Of a stretch of DNA of 64,000 nucleotides, positions 1 through 12,085 are shown piece by piece. A program made the position numbers and the translations under genes. Under the pieces are notes generated by a model that saw only the letters and a list, made by a program, of their open reading frames with translations, did not search any database and had not been told where the DNA came from. The first letter of the stretch is position 1; the number at the start of each line of letters is the position of its first letter. Source of the stretch: Myxococcota bacterium. GTDB taxonomy: Bacteria > Myxococcota_A > UBA9160 > UBA4427. The stretch lies in the NCBI GenBank assembly GCA_050618075.1, contig JBNLVL010000013.1, forward strand, positions 2,963 to 66,962. The letters are read 5' to 3'.

Positions 1-463
1 GCGTCACCAGGGCCTCCGGCGACGCCCCCGGCGGTCCGACCACCCGCGCCACCGTGGCGCAGAGGACGGGGCTCCAATACGACGTGGCGACGTGGGCGCC
101 CGGGCCGAGCTCGAAGTCGGTGGGCACGTTTCCGTCGGGTCCCTTGGGAAGAACCAGCAGGACTTCGCTCGAACCGCCCGGCGCCGCGGAACCCGGCCGG
201 TCCGAAGGGGCACTGTCCAGGGCAGACGGCGGGACTCCGGAAGGGCGGTCGGCTCCGCCGGCCTGGGCCAGCCGGAGCGGAGAAGTCGCGAGCCCCGGCT
301 CGGCGATCACGCCTGCGTTCGCAGTCGTCGCCGGATCGCCGGTCTCGAAGGGGCCGCAGTCCACCTCTGCGCGCACGCGGGCCGCGGTCGTCCAGGAACA
401 GACGACCGCGGCCGCGAGCACCGCGAGCACCCGGAGGTGCGAGCTGGACCGGAGCGACCTCAC
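1..463 (-). CDS. secreted protein, 3'-truncated by window edge (possibly N-terminus of an S8 subtilase)
   Basis: GTG at 463 overlaps the anti-sigma stop (GTGA). Frame is open to the window edge: MRSLRSSSHLRVLAVLAAAVVCSWTTAARVRAEVDC... with a signal peptide. The S8 guess rests on context only; no catalytic motif is inside the window. Confidence 0.6.
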   Translation of the reverse strand, partial: MRSLRSSSHLRVLAVLAAAVVCSWTTAARVRAEVDCGPFETGDPATTANAGVIAEPGLATSPLRLAQAGGADRPSGVPPSALDSAPSDRPGSAAPGGSSEVLLVLPKGPDGNVPTDFELGPGAHVATSYWSPVLCATVARVVGPPGASPEALVT

Positions 464-1170
464 CTCGGGCTGCCCCTCCCTGGCGGAGCCGGCTCCGCGA
501 ACACGGCCACACCGCCCCGCTCGGCCCCCAGCATCCGCGCCGCCGCCGCCGGGTCGGACTCGCGCGGGAGCTGCAGGCGCACCACGTCCGAGGCGTCGGG
601 GCCCGACACCACCTGGGCGCCGAGAGCGTGCAGCGCGTCCCACACCTCGCCCGAGGTGGCGTCCTCGCGGAAGATCACGTCGAGGGCCACCCCCGACGTC
701 GCGGGCAGGGTCTCCGCCTGGGCGGTGAAGTAGACCGGCTCCGCCACCCCGCGACCGGAGATCCAGCCGAAGGCCAGGCCGGCCACGGCCGCGGCCATCG
801 CCGCCACGGCGACCTCGCGCCAGCGCGAGTTGGCTCGCGTCCGGCGCGGCGGCGCTCCCGTCCGGCCCTCCCGCGCGCTCGAGGCGCTCGGCGGTGTGCC
901 GCCGAGGAGAGCCGCGTCCCGGCCCTCCGTGTGGTCGGCGATGCGCGCGAGCACCCGGTCGTAGACCGCGTCGGCCGCGGGCAGCTCGTCGGCGTCGACC
1001 GACGCCTCACCGGCCAGCAGGGCGAGCTCCTCGCGGCAGCGCACACAGGCCGCCGCGTGGGACTCGACCGCGCCCTTCTGCTCCTCGCTCAGTCCGGGGC
1101 CGGGGTACCAGGGAATCCAGTCCAGCACGTCGGCCGGACACGAGAGTGCGGAGGTTTCGTGGGTGGTCAT
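460..1170 (-). CDS. zinc-binding anti-sigma factor (zf-HC2/ZAS), TM helix, extracytoplasmic domain
   Basis: HAAACVRC (HxxxCxxC); TM VAVAAMAAAVAGLAFGWI; ATGA overlap with ECF sigma. Confidence 0.85.
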   Translation of the reverse strand: MTTHETSALSCPADVLDWIPWYPGPGLSEEQKGAVESHAAACVRCREELALLAGEASVDADELPAADAVYDRVLARIADHTEGRDAALLGGTPPSASSAREGRTGAPPRRTRANSRWREVAVAAMAAAVAGLAFGWISGRGVAEPVYFTAQAETLPATSGVALDVIFREDATSGEVWDALHALGAQVVSGPDASDVVRLQLPRESDPAAAARMLGAERGGVAVFAEPAPPGRGSPR

Positions 1171-1772
1171 TCCGCCATCCTCCCCAGCTGTCCGCCCATC
1201 TCGCGGCGCAGTCGGCTGCGGGCCCGGGAGATGCGCGTCTTGATCGTCGCTTCGGGGACGCCCAGGCGCTCGGCCGCCTCGGCGTACGGCATGCCCTCGA
1301 GAAAGACCATCTCGACGACCTCCCGCTGATTGTCCGGCAGCCCGTCCATCAGCCGGCGCAGGCGGCGGAGATCTCCGCGGGCCTCGAGGGCCGTGGTGGG
1401 ATCGCGGCGGTCGGGCACGCGGTGCAGGTACTCGACGTCGGCGCCGCGGGTGGCCCCGCGAATGCCGCGCCGCGCCTGGCGCATGGCGGCCATGGTCTTG
1501 AAGTGGGCGATCCCGAAGAGCCAGGTCGACACCTTCGATTCGCCGCGGAAGCGGTCGGCGTTGCGCCAGACCTCGAAGAACACGTCGGCCACCAGCTCCT
1601 CGGCCAGCGCTCCGTCGGTGACGCGCCGCTGGACGAAGGAGAAGAGGCGCGGGTAGTAGCGGTTGAAGAGCGTGCGATGGGCGCCGGCGTCCTGCTCGCG
1701 CACTCGCTCCAGGAGTCCGGCGTCGCTGATGTCGGGACCAGCGGGTTGGATGCGATCGGTCACGGTGGTCAC
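1167..1772 (-). CDS. ECF sigma-70 factor
   Basis: Region 2 AEELVADVFFEVW...FRGESKVSTWLFGIA; region 4 YAEAAERLGVPEATIKTRISRAR. GTG start at 1772 after GGAGGG. Confidence 0.92.
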   Translation of the reverse strand: MTTVTDRIQPAGPDISDAGLLERVREQDAGAHRTLFNRYYPRLFSFVQRRVTDGALAEELVADVFFEVWRNADRFRGESKVSTWLFGIAHFKTMAAMRQARRGIRGATRGADVEYLHRVPDRRDPTTALEARGDLRRLRRLMDGLPDNQREVVEMVFLEGMPYAEAAERLGVPEATIKTRISRARSRLRREMGGQLGRMAE

Positions 1773-1956
1773 GTTCCCTCCATGGAGCGCGTCCGGGTCG
1801 CCGGGCCCGGTCGAGCCGGAACGAGCCGTCCGCGCGGAATCGGCGGACGGACCCCTGGCCCGCCCGCGATGTGCTGTCGGATCAGCCCGGTGCGTCGCTG
1901 CGAACATCATGGAAGTTCCCGTTTTCTCCAGGGTTTTCACGTTCCTGAAGGGTGTC

Positions 1957-2364
1957 CTAGGGCTTCGGCGGAACGAACGGGAAATCCCCGCTCCCGGACA
2001 CCGGCGGGCTGCTGGGAACGGTCTGGGTGCAGCCCGAGGCCCGGGTCTCGCAGGGTCCGATGCCGGGGAAGCGCGGTCCGGCGGCCGAAGGCGGCGGCGC
2101 CAGCGCCGGGATCCCGCCCAGGGCGGCGACGTCGGCGGCCACGAACCGCCCCGCGGGAACCCCAGCAACCGAATAGCCGGGGTCCGGGTCGGGCGTGATC
2201 GCCGTGCGCCGGCTCTCGGCGCAGGCGCCCGCGGGCGCCACCGCGTCTCCAGCCGTCGCGGGTCCGCCCGCGACCAGGCACCCCAGAGCGACCGCGGCGA
2301 CCGCGGCGGCCGCGCCGCCGCGCAGCCGGATGGATCGTTCGCTGCGTCGGGACCTTCGGTTCAT
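1957..2364 (-). CDS. small secreted Pro/Gly-rich hypothetical protein
   Basis: RBS AGGGAG; Arg-rich n-region then hydrophobic AAAAVAAVALGCLVAGGPATA; co-oriented 31 bp after the barrel gene. Confidence 0.6.
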   Translation of the reverse strand: MNRRSRRSERSIRLRGGAAAAVAAVALGCLVAGGPATAGDAVAPAGACAESRRTAITPDPDPGYSVAGVPAGRFVAADVAALGGIPALAPPPSAAGPRFPGIGPCETRASGCTQTVPSSPPVSGSGDFPFVPPKP

Positions 2365-2395
2365 GTCTCGATCTCCCTGGTCGCGGGCCGCGGCG

Positions 2396-4108
2396 TCAGC
2401 CGCCGAACCCGATCTGGACGTAGAGCCCGACCACGTGCCGGTCGTAGTCGAAGACGTCCGAGTTGGATTGGTTGTCCAGGTAGCGGTACCGGCTGGAGAC
2501 CGTGTACCGCTCCATGAAGGTGCGGGACAGCTCGAGCTCGAAGCGCCACTCCCGGTCGCGGCGGTGTCCGCCGGGAAGGGGATAGACCGTCCCGGTCTCG
2601 ACGAAGCCGCCGGCCCCGTCGGGCTCGAGGACGGCCGGGGGGATGTCGTCGGGGTTCGGGAAGGACGTGCGGTTGCGGTACGGCCGCCAGGTGAACGACG
2701 CGAAGGTCTGGGCCATCAGTCCGAGGGGCAGCCCGACCTCCGCGGTGACGTGCAGCTCGTGGGCCTCGTAGGAGTACTCGCCGCCCCGGGAGTCGAAGCG
2801 CGAGAAGCGGTAGCCGGCCACCAGGGTCGGGACCTCGATCCAGTCCGCGGCCCAGCCCGGCGTGGGGATGGGCGGGGCGTAGTCGAGCCCCACCGCGACC
2901 GCCTTGCCGTCGCGGTTGCGCACCGCGCGCTCGTCGAGACCGGCGGGGCTGCAGACCGGCTGGCCGGTCGGACACAGTCCGGTGTCGGGATCGGCGTCCA
3001 CCACGCGATCGCTCTTCTCGAAGAAGTTGTCGAACCAGGTCTCGGCGTAGAGGTGGGTGGTGCCGGCGCGTCCCCAGTCGTGGTGGGCGGAGAGCTGTGC
3101 CCTCCAGGAGGCGAGGAACGGATCCTCGTTCACCCACGCGTAGCCGAAGTCGGCGACGCCGCGCAGCAGGGTGCGTTCGTTCAGATGGACGTCCAGCCAC
3201 GCGCCGACGGCGGGGTAGTGGTAGTCGAAGTCGTCGAGGTCGTCCTTGGGGTCGTGGGCCGTGCCCTCGTAGGAGAGGTTGAGCCCTCCGCGCGTGCGCC
3301 CCAGCTCGAACAGCTGGGCCCCGCCCGCGAGGGTCCAGATGCCGAGCACCCCGTCGTCGCCCGAGATGTCCTCGGCCAGCGGGACGTCGTCGCCCCGGAG
3401 CACCACGTTGTCGTCGTACTCGAAGCCGACTCGCGCCGACGCCCACCAGAGGCTGCCGTCGCCGTCCAGGCGGGCCAGGGCGCGTCGCGCCTCGTCCGCC
3501 CAGGCCGTGCCGCCCCAGTCGCGGACCACCGCCTCGAGCTCGCGCCGGGCGTCGTCGCGGTCCCCTTCCAGGGCGTGGGCCAGACCCAGGTGGTAGGTGG
3601 CGACCGGCTCGACGGCCGACGCGTCGAGCTCCCGCGAGCGGTCGAGGTAGTCGACGGCGTCCCGGGCCCGTCCCGCCGCGAGGTAGACGAGCCCCCGGTA
3701 GAGCGTCACCTCGGCGCTGCGCGGCAGCTTGACCTCGGCGAGGTCCAGCTCCCGGTCGGCCGCCTCGAGATCTCCCAGGTGGTAGTGGGCGATGGCCAGG
3801 CCGAGATCGGCCCGGGGCAGCGAGGCATCGATCGCCCGCGCCTCGTCGAAGGCCCGAAGCGCCTGGGGGTACTGGGAGAGGCGCAGGTGGCAGTCGCCCT
3901 CCAGCACCGCGAGGCCTCCGTCGCGGGGGGCCGCCTCGCGCTCGCGGGCCAGCTGGTCGAGGGCCGCGACGCAGCGACCTTCCCGGGCCAGGCGCTCGCC
4001 CAGCCCGGGAGCCTCGGCCCGCGCCGGCGCCGGGCCCCCCGCAGCCAGGAGTGCCGCGACGGGGACGATCGCGAGAAGCGCCCTGTGACTCTGGGGAACC
4101 CGGCGCAT
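2396..4108 (-). CDS. TPR-repeat outer-membrane beta-barrel protein (SLAM/DUF560-like architecture)
   Basis: Signal peptide (..PAPARA), several TPR-like helical repeats, then ARVGFEYDDNV and alternating aromatic beta-strands ending YDRHVVGLYVQIGFGG. Start placed at ATG 4108. Confidence 0.75.
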   Translation of the reverse strand: MRRVPQSHRALLAIVPVAALLAAGGPAPARAEAPGLGERLAREGRCVAALDQLAREREAAPRDGGLAVLEGDCHLRLSQYPQALRAFDEARAIDASLPRADLGLAIAHYHLGDLEAADRELDLAEVKLPRSAEVTLYRGLVYLAAGRARDAVDYLDRSRELDASAVEPVATYHLGLAHALEGDRDDARRELEAVVRDWGGTAWADEARRALARLDGDGSLWWASARVGFEYDDNVVLRGDDVPLAEDISGDDGVLGIWTLAGGAQLFELGRTRGGLNLSYEGTAHDPKDDLDDFDYHYPAVGAWLDVHLNERTLLRGVADFGYAWVNEDPFLASWRAQLSAHHDWGRAGTTHLYAETWFDNFFEKSDRVVDADPDTGLCPTGQPVCSPAGLDERAVRNRDGKAVAVGLDYAPPIPTPGWAADWIEVPTLVAGYRFSRFDSRGGEYSYEAHELHVTAEVGLPLGLMAQTFASFTWRPYRNRTSFPNPDDIPPAVLEPDGAGGFVETGTVYPLPGGHRRDREWRFELELSRTFMERYTVSSRYRYLDNQSNSDVFDYDRHVVGLYVQIGFGG

Positions 4109-4300
4109 CGCTCTTCGACCATCCTCCACGTTCCGCGCGCACACGGGACCCTCATGGTCCCGACACCGTCCGCCCGAGGCATTCTCGCACCCCGGGGCAA
4201 CCAGGGTGAGTCGCACTCGACTTCGAGGCGTGTCAGGGAATACGAGACTCTTCCCCGTGGGGCACCGAGGTGTGCGGCCCCGGGGCCGGCTGGGCGGGTC

Positions 4301-4396
4301 CGCCCCCGCGTCCGGACCCGCGTCAGGACCCGAGTCGGGACCCGAGTCAGGACCCGAGTCAGGGCGCGCGTCGGGGCCCGCGTCGGGACCGGCGTC
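4301..4396. repeat. 12-bp imperfect tandem repeat, about 8 units (consensus RGGACCCGMGTC)
   Basis: cggacccgcgtc aggacccgagtc gggacccgagtc aggacccgagtc...; straddles the LOG stop codon. Confidence 0.85.
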
Positions 4397-5573
4397 CGGG
4401 TCCGGCGCCGCGGCGGACGGTCGGGGGCGGCCCTTCCTCGTCCTGCTCCTCGGCCTCGTCCTCGGGCGACAGCTCCCGGGGCCAGATCTCGTGGGGAATC
4501 GCCGGGACCGGCTCGACCGGGCGCTCGGGCACCATGCGGTTCAGCTCGTCGATCAGCTGGCGCAGTCGGCCCACGCTGCGCCGGTCGAAGCGGAGGCTGA
4601 CCGCCGGCAGGCTCTCGCCCGTCGGCTCGTCCAGCAGATCGGCCCGGGTCAGCTCCAGGCTGCCCTGGGTGCAGATGTCGCCGAAGCGATCGGCCAGGTC
4701 CTCGAGCTGCGCGGGGTCCGGGGCCACCCGCACGCGCAGGTGCAGCCGGTCCCCGCGATAGCGGCTCGAGTGGTAGTTCCGGTAGAAGTCGGTGACCTCG
4801 CGCACGGCCACCTCGACGTCGTCGGTCACCTTGAACAGCGACAGGTCCTCGTCGCTGATGAGTCCGCCCCGGTGCAGGTGGGAGTGCACGTACTGCTCCC
4901 AGTCCTTCCAGTAGGAGCCGCCCCTGGCGTCGACGAAGACCACGGGCAGGATCTCGCTCTTGCCGGTCTGGATGAGGGTCAGCGCCTCGAACCCCTCGTC
5001 GTGGGTTCCGAAGCCCCCGGGAAACAGCGCGATCGCGTGGGCCTCCTTCACGAACGAGACCTTGCGGGTGAAGAAGTACCGGAAGTTGATGAGCTTGGGG
5101 TCGCCGGCGATCACCTCGTTGGCGCTCTGCTCGAACGGCAGGCGGATGTTCACGCCGAACGATCGCTCGCGTCCGGCGCCTCCCTGGGCCGCGCCCATGA
5201 TGCCGCCCCCGGCCCCGGTGATGACCATCCAGCCTTCGCGCACCACGCGCTCGGCGAACACGCGCGCCGCTTCGTACTCGGGCTGCGCCGGCGTCGTGCG
5301 CGCGCTCCCGAACACGGCGACCTTGCGGTGGTTGCGGTACGGCTCGAACACCCGGAACGCGTGGCGCAGCTCCTTGAGCGCGTTGTTGACCAGCTTGACG
5401 TCGCCGCGGTCGGCGCCGTCGCGCGCCAGGCGCAGGGCGGAGACGAGGATCTGCCGGATCTCGTCGGAGCACGTCGAGGGTCCGTAGACCTCCTCGGTCC
5501 TCTCGACGAGCTCGTCGACGAGTCGGTTGAGCTCGGGGTGCCGCAGCTCGTAACGGCGGCGCGATCGGGCCAT
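4359..5573 (-). CDS. LOG-family nucleotide phosphoribohydrolase (long type-II form)
   Basis: VFGSART, ITGAGGGIMGA, FRYFFTRK, PGGFGTHDE motifs. Confidence 0.9.
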   Translation of the reverse strand: MARSRRRYELRHPELNRLVDELVERTEEVYGPSTCSDEIRQILVSALRLARDGADRGDVKLVNNALKELRHAFRVFEPYRNHRKVAVFGSARTTPAQPEYEAARVFAERVVREGWMVITGAGGGIMGAAQGGAGRERSFGVNIRLPFEQSANEVIAGDPKLINFRYFFTRKVSFVKEAHAIALFPGGFGTHDEGFEALTLIQTGKSEILPVVFVDARGGSYWKDWEQYVHSHLHRGGLISDEDLSLFKVTDDVEVAVREVTDFYRNYHSSRYRGDRLHLRVRVAPDPAQLEDLADRFGDICTQGSLELTRADLLDEPTGESLPAVSLRFDRRSVGRLRQLIDELNRMVPERPVEPVPAIPHEIWPRELSPEDEAEEQDEEGPPPTVRRGAGPGRRSRRGPRRAP

Positions 5574-5636
5574 CGGGCGGAGGATACCAGCGATCGGTCC
5601 GCCGGGCCGCGGCCGGGCCGCGGCGGGAGCGCGGGC

Positions 5637-6392
5637 TCAGTCGGGTCCGTCGAGGCGGGCGTGACGGACCGCCGAGTCGCGGCTGCGCAGACGCCGCGTC
5701 ACGCGCCCGAAGCGCACGCGCAGGGTGCCGACGGGGACCTCGAATCGCCGCGCGATCTCCGTCAGGCTGTCGCCCTCCATGTACGCGTGGAGCAGGCGAC
5801 GGTCCTCGGGGTCGAGCTCGGCCAGGGCGCGCTCGATGATCCGGCGTTGTCGGATCCGGCCGGCGTGCTCCTCGGGCGACTGGCCGGGGTCGGTCATGCG
5901 CGCCGTCGCCTCGGTGGGCAGCGAGTCGCCGTCGTCGTCGGGGCCCCAGGGAGAGTCCACCTCCATCCAGCGGGTGCGGCGCAGGCAGCGCCGGGCCTCG
6001 TCGAGCACGGCGCCTTCGATGCGCTGGGAGACGTACGCCGAGAGCTCGCGTTCGCTGGCGTCCGCGCGCCGGTTGGCCAGGGCCACGGCGAGACCCCAGT
6101 AGCCGGCCGAGACCAGCTCGTCGCTCCAGCGCTGTCCGAGCATCCACTCCCGCGCCACCTTGCGCGCGAAGAACTCGGCGCGGTGCGCGAAGCAGCGCGC
6201 CAGCGCGTCGGCTCCTTCTCCCGACTCGGCGGGTGCGCCGTGCTCCCCCGGTCCGGCCTCGAGACCTGCGTCCAACTCGTTCCACCCCCGCGTGAGCCGC
6301 GAGACGCGGGGACCACGCCCGGATGGCGGTGCCCGTCTGCGTCGGCGCGCAGGTTCGTCGAACGGGTGTTCCACCGCCGTGATCGCGCTCAC
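5637..6392 (-). CDS. sigma-70 family factor, FliA/WhiG-like region 2 plus region 4, no region 3
   Basis: DELVSAGYWGL...SAYVSQRIEGAVLDEARR; HTH SLTEIARRFEVPVGTLR. Start uncertain (TTG at 6275 is an alternative). Confidence 0.8.
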   Translation of the reverse strand: MSAITAVEHPFDEPARRRRRAPPSGRGPRVSRLTRGWNELDAGLEAGPGEHGAPAESGEGADALARCFAHRAEFFARKVAREWMLGQRWSDELVSAGYWGLAVALANRRADASERELSAYVSQRIEGAVLDEARRCLRRTRWMEVDSPWGPDDDGDSLPTEATARMTDPGQSPEEHAGRIRQRRIIERALAELDPEDRRLLHAYMEGDSLTEIARRFEVPVGTLRVRFGRVTRRLRSRDSAVRHARLDGPD

Positions 6393-6414
6393 GGGGCTGA
6401 CCGGGGAGGGGTTT

Positions 6415-9400
6415 CTAGTCGGCGGGGGTGGCGAGCGCCTGCTTCAGCGCCTCGAGGCGCACGTGGACGGCGTGGGCCGAGGGGGGACGCTCGTCGGGCG
6501 TCTTGGCCAGCAGCTGCAGGATCAGCTCGGCGAGCGCATCCGGGATGTCGTCGACGAGGCTGCGGGGATCCGGCGGGGGCGTGTGACGGTGATGGTAGGT
6601 GACGTCCCCCTCGGAGAAGGGGACCTGGCCGGTGACCATCTCGAACAGCGTCGCGCCCAACGAGTACAGGTCGGCGCGGGGATCGACCTCGGCGCCCGCC
6701 ACCTGCTCGGGCGCCATGTAGAACGGCGTGCCCCCGATGCGGGTCTCGGCGCGGCGCACCTCCTCGAGCATCTTGGCCAGGCCGAAGTCCGTGATCTTCA
6801 CCACGCCCTCCCGGGTGACGAAGAGGTTGGCGGTCTTGATGTCCCGGTGGATCACGCCCTGGCCGTGGGCGTAGTCGAGCCCTTCGGAGACCTGGAGACC
6901 GACGTCCACGACCTCGTCGACGGGCAGGCGCGACAGCTCCCGCAGCCGCTCGTGGAGCGGCTGCCCCTCGAGCAGCTCCATGGTGATGAAGAACGCGCCG
7001 TCCTCCTGGTCCGCGTCGTAGACGGTCACGATGTTCGGGTGGTTGAGGCGCGCGGTGGCCTGGGCCTCGCGCAGGAAGAGCTGGACCGCGCGGGGATAGT
7101 TGCGCAGGGTGTCCGGCAGGCGCTTCAGCGCGACGATCCGGGAGAGTCGCCGGTCGCGCCCCTTGAACACCACGCCCATCGCGCCGCGCCCGATCTCCTC
7201 GATGATCTCGTAGCGGTAGTCCGACAGGAACATCGTGGGCGGCGCGAAGTCGCCGGAGCCCGAGCGCGAGCCGTCGGAGGTGGCGGCGCCCACCTGGATC
7301 GTGCTGCGCTTCTTGCGCAGCAGGTCGATCCGGCTCGCGATGTTGGGATAGGTGGGCTCGCTGCGGCGGAGCTCCTCCAGCAGGGACAGCGCGCGCTCCA
7401 CGTGGCCCGCGTTCTCCAGCACCTCGGCCAGGCGCCACTGGAGGTCGGGCGAGGAGCCGGCGGCGCCCACGGCGTTGATGTGCTCCTCGAGCTTCTGGGC
7501 GGCCAGGTCCCAGTGGCCCTCGCGCTCGAAGGCGTCCGCCAGCAGCAGGCAGGCGTCGGCGAAGTGGGGGCTCTGCGGCGTGACCAGCCGCAGCAGGCGG
7601 ATCCCCCGGGCCCGCCAGCCGTTGTCCAGGGCGATCTCCGCGGCGGCGTACGTGTCGCCCCGCCGGTCGAGGGCGTCGACCTGCTTGGAGATCTCACCTG
7701 CCTCCTCGTAGCACTCGATGGCGGCGTCGAAGTCCCGGGCGTTCTCGTAGGCCTCGCCGGCCCGCACCCACTGACCGGAAGCCCGGTACATGCGCGCGGC
7801 GCGCATCGGGTCGTCCGAGGCGAGGTAGAGCTCCGCCGCCCGCTCGAGCTGGCCGAGACGCTCCCAGAGCTCGGCCGCCCGGCGCGGTCGGCCGGACTTC
7901 TGGTAGTGGTCGGCCGCCACCTCGAGCCGTCCCTGGGCCACGGCCTCCCGGGCCAGCACGCCGTGGGCGGTGTCGCTCTGGCCCTCGCGCTCCAGGGCGC
8001 GGGCGGCCCCGGCGAGGTCCCCGCGCAGGTAGGGATCGACGGCCGGCGGACAGCCGCGGAAGATCAGCTCGCGGGCGTCGGCGATGTCGATCTCCACGCG
8101 GGTGGGCTGGAAGGTCTCCACGTCGACGCTGTGCTCGAGCACCCGGTCGCCGCTTCCGATCACCAGGGTGTGGCTGCCCTTGGCCAGCCGCACCCGCACG
8201 CGCCCGGTCGAGGGCGCGGCCTGCAGGGTCGGCCGGTCGTCCACCGCGACCTGGACGTCGCGCGGCGGGGCGCCGTCCCAGGTGATGGTGACGTCCACGG
8301 GGCAGTCGGTGGGCCGCAGGTCGAACTCGCAGCGCACCGTGCGCCGGTGCCGGACGCGCACGACCTTCAGGTCGTACACGTCGGACAGCACCTCCCCGCC
8401 GTCGGGATCCTCGAGGATCCCCTCCACCAGCACGAAGTAGCGACGGGTCGCGAGCCGCGGGAAGTGGGTCTCGCGGCTCACGAGGTGGTGCTCGGTGCGC
8501 GACGAGGTCCCGCCCTTCAGGATCTCGGCCCGCGAAGCGGTGCCGGTCTCCGGGCGGGCGCGCAGGGCGCGCCGCTTGCGCGCCACCCGCAGGCGGAAGG
8601 TGCCGCGCAGCTCCTCGGGGTAGCGGAGCGCCACCGCCAGGTCGCCCCGCTGGCGCAGCCAGGTGGGCGCCAGCAGCAGCACGAACAGCAGGCCCAGGCC
8701 CACGGCACCCAGGCGCACCGGAGAGGTGCCCTCGACCCAGGAGCGCGAGCGGTCGAACGCGCCGCGGGTCGATTCGGGGAGATGCGCCCGGACCCAGGAG
8801 AGCCCGTCACCCACGGCGTGATCGACGCGCGCCTCGAGGTCGGGGCTCGGCGCCGCGCCCACGGCCGCGCCGGAGAGCTGCGGACCGGCCGACGCGGGCC
8901 GGCCGGGAGGCAGCGCCAGGGCGAAGACCGCGTCGAGCACCGCGCGCGACCCGGGCGCCCGCCGCTGGGCCTCGAACAGCACGTCCGCCGCCTCGAGCGC
9001 GCGCCCCTGGGCGGCGTAGAGCCGCCCCAGGTCGAGCAGCGACCCGACCTCGTCGCCGGGCTCCGCAGCCACCGCCCGCAGCCACGCCGCTTCGGCGCCG
9101 GCGGGATCTCCGGCCGCCAGTCGCAGCCGGGCCAGCTCGCGCCAGGCTTGCGGGCCCGGAGGCCCTGCCCCGAGCCGCGCCGCGCTCTCGGCGGCGGCCA
9201 GGGCCCCGTCGATCTCGCCCCCCAGCTCGAGCCAGGCGGCCGCGTGGCCCAGGGCCCGGGCGCGCAGCAGATCGGGCGCGGGAGCGCCGGCGGGTTCGGG
9301 TTCGGTCGTCCCGGGCGCGTCCACCGGCAGCAGGCTCGCGTCCGGGTCCTGGGCGTCCGGGTCCAGGGGATGGGGCGGCGGCGCCAGCGGAGGGCCCACG

Positions 9401-9591
9401 GGACGCGCCGAGGCGACCCGCTCCAGGTCGGGGAGCGCCGTGGGAGCCGCCGCCAAGGGGCCGGCGAAAGAGCCGGCCGCGGCCCAGACCGCGAGCGCCG
9501 TGGCCAGCCGCGCAGCGGACGGCCGCAGCCGCTCCGCCGTACGACGGCGGCGGCGTCGCGAATGCGGATGCTGGGCGTGGGATCGGTTCAT
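6415..9591 (-). CDS. membrane-anchored Hanks-type Ser/Thr protein kinase with TPR repeats, kinase at C-terminus
   Basis: [56 protein letters not shown]-like helices on both sides of the TM. Confidence 0.92.
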   Translation of the reverse strand: MNRSHAQHPHSRRRRRRTAERLRPSAARLATALAVWAAAGSFAGPLAAAPTALPDLERVASARPVGPPLAPPPHPLDPDAQDPDASLLPVDAPGTTEPEPAGAPAPDLLRARALGHAAAWLELGGEIDGALAAAESAARLGAGPPGPQAWRELARLRLAAGDPAGAEAAWLRAVAAEPGDEVGSLLDLGRLYAAQGRALEAADVLFEAQRRAPGSRAVLDAVFALALPPGRPASAGPQLSGAAVGAAPSPDLEARVDHAVGDGLSWVRAHLPESTRGAFDRSRSWVEGTSPVRLGAVGLGLLFVLLLAPTWLRQRGDLAVALRYPEELRGTFRLRVARKRRALRARPETGTASRAEILKGGTSSRTEHHLVSRETHFPRLATRRYFVLVEGILEDPDGGEVLSDVYDLKVVRVRHRRTVRCEFDLRPTDCPVDVTITWDGAPPRDVQVAVDDRPTLQAAPSTGRVRVRLAKGSHTLVIGSGDRVLEHSVDVETFQPTRVEIDIADARELIFRGCPPAVDPYLRGDLAGAARALEREGQSDTAHGVLAREAVAQGRLEVAADHYQKSGRPRRAAELWERLGQLERAAELYLASDDPMRAARMYRASGQWVRAGEAYENARDFDAAIECYEEAGEISKQVDALDRRGDTYAAAEIALDNGWRARGIRLLRLVTPQSPHFADACLLLADAFEREGHWDLAAQKLEEHINAVGAAGSSPDLQWRLAEVLENAGHVERALSLLEELRRSEPTYPNIASRIDLLRKKRSTIQVGAATSDGSRSGSGDFAPPTMFLSDYRYEIIEEIGRGAMGVVFKGRDRRLSRIVALKRLPDTLRNYPRAVQLFLREAQATARLNHPNIVTVYDADQEDGAFFITMELLEGQPLHERLRELSRLPVDEVVDVGLQVSEGLDYAHGQGVIHRDIKTANLFVTREGVVKITDFGLAKMLEEVRRAETRIGGTPFYMAPEQVAGAEVDPRADLYSLGATLFEMVTGQVPFSEGDVTYHHRHTPPPDPRSLVDDIPDALAELILQLLAKTPDERPPSAHAVHVRLEALKQALATPAD

Positions 9592-9723
9592 GGTGTGGAC
9601 CCGCTCCAACGCGGGTGCAGGGCGGCCGGGTCGACGGGGACCGCGAGCGTGGGGTGGCCGCCGGGCGGAGTGTATCGCGAGGGGGCTGGGATCGCGCCCG
9701 GGCCCCGGGCCCGCCCTCGCAGC

Positions 9724-10331
9724 CTAGGGGTTTTCCCCACGCTCCGCCTCGACCCGGAGCAGGACGGCCCCCTCCTCCACCTCGGCGCCGTCCTCGGCGA
9801 CCAGCTCCACCACGACGGCGCGCTCGGGCAACCCGGCGCCTCCGTAGTGGATGCGGGTGAAGGTCTTCATGACCTCCAGCAGCCCGACCGTCTGCCCGGC
9901 CTCGACCCGGGCGCCGAGCTCGACGAAGGCCGGCTTCTCGGGTCCCGGGCGGCGGTAGTAGCGTCCGCTCGAAGGGGCGGTCACCGCGGCGCCGCGCGCG
10001 GAGGGCTCGGGGGTCGCGGGAGTCCCACCCGGCCCCTCGCCGGTCGCGGCCTCGGCGGCGCTCTCCAGCCAGGCCAGGGTGTCGCCGTAGGCCACCGTCG
10101 TCCCGGTCGGCAGCGGCTCGGCGATGCGCCCGGCGGCGCCTTCGGGCAGCACCAGCTCCCGCCGCCGCCCCAGCACCACCAGGTCTCCCAGGCGGTCGCC
10201 GCCCGCCCGGCGCAGGCTCGCGGCCGCCGGGTCCACGAAGCGCCCGACGCCGGGGGCGAGGAGCCTCCAGCGAGGGGAGGACGCCTGCTCGTCGGCCTCG
10301 AGGATCACCTGCATGGGCTCGCCCGCCGGAC

Positions 10332-10335
<4 letters not shown>
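9724..10335 (-). CDS. accB: biotin carboxyl carrier protein with extra N-terminal domain
   Basis: [15 protein letters not shown] biotinylation motif. GTG 10335 overlaps the upstream stop; ATG 10314 is an alternative. Confidence 0.85.
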
Positions 10336-12074
<1,739 letters not shown>

Positions 12075-12085
12075 GAAGCGTCTCC

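Noticed and set aside
4359..5573. Lysine decarboxylase annotation
   Set aside because: Known misannotation of the LOG family; the PGGxGTxDE motif indicates a phosphoribohydrolase.
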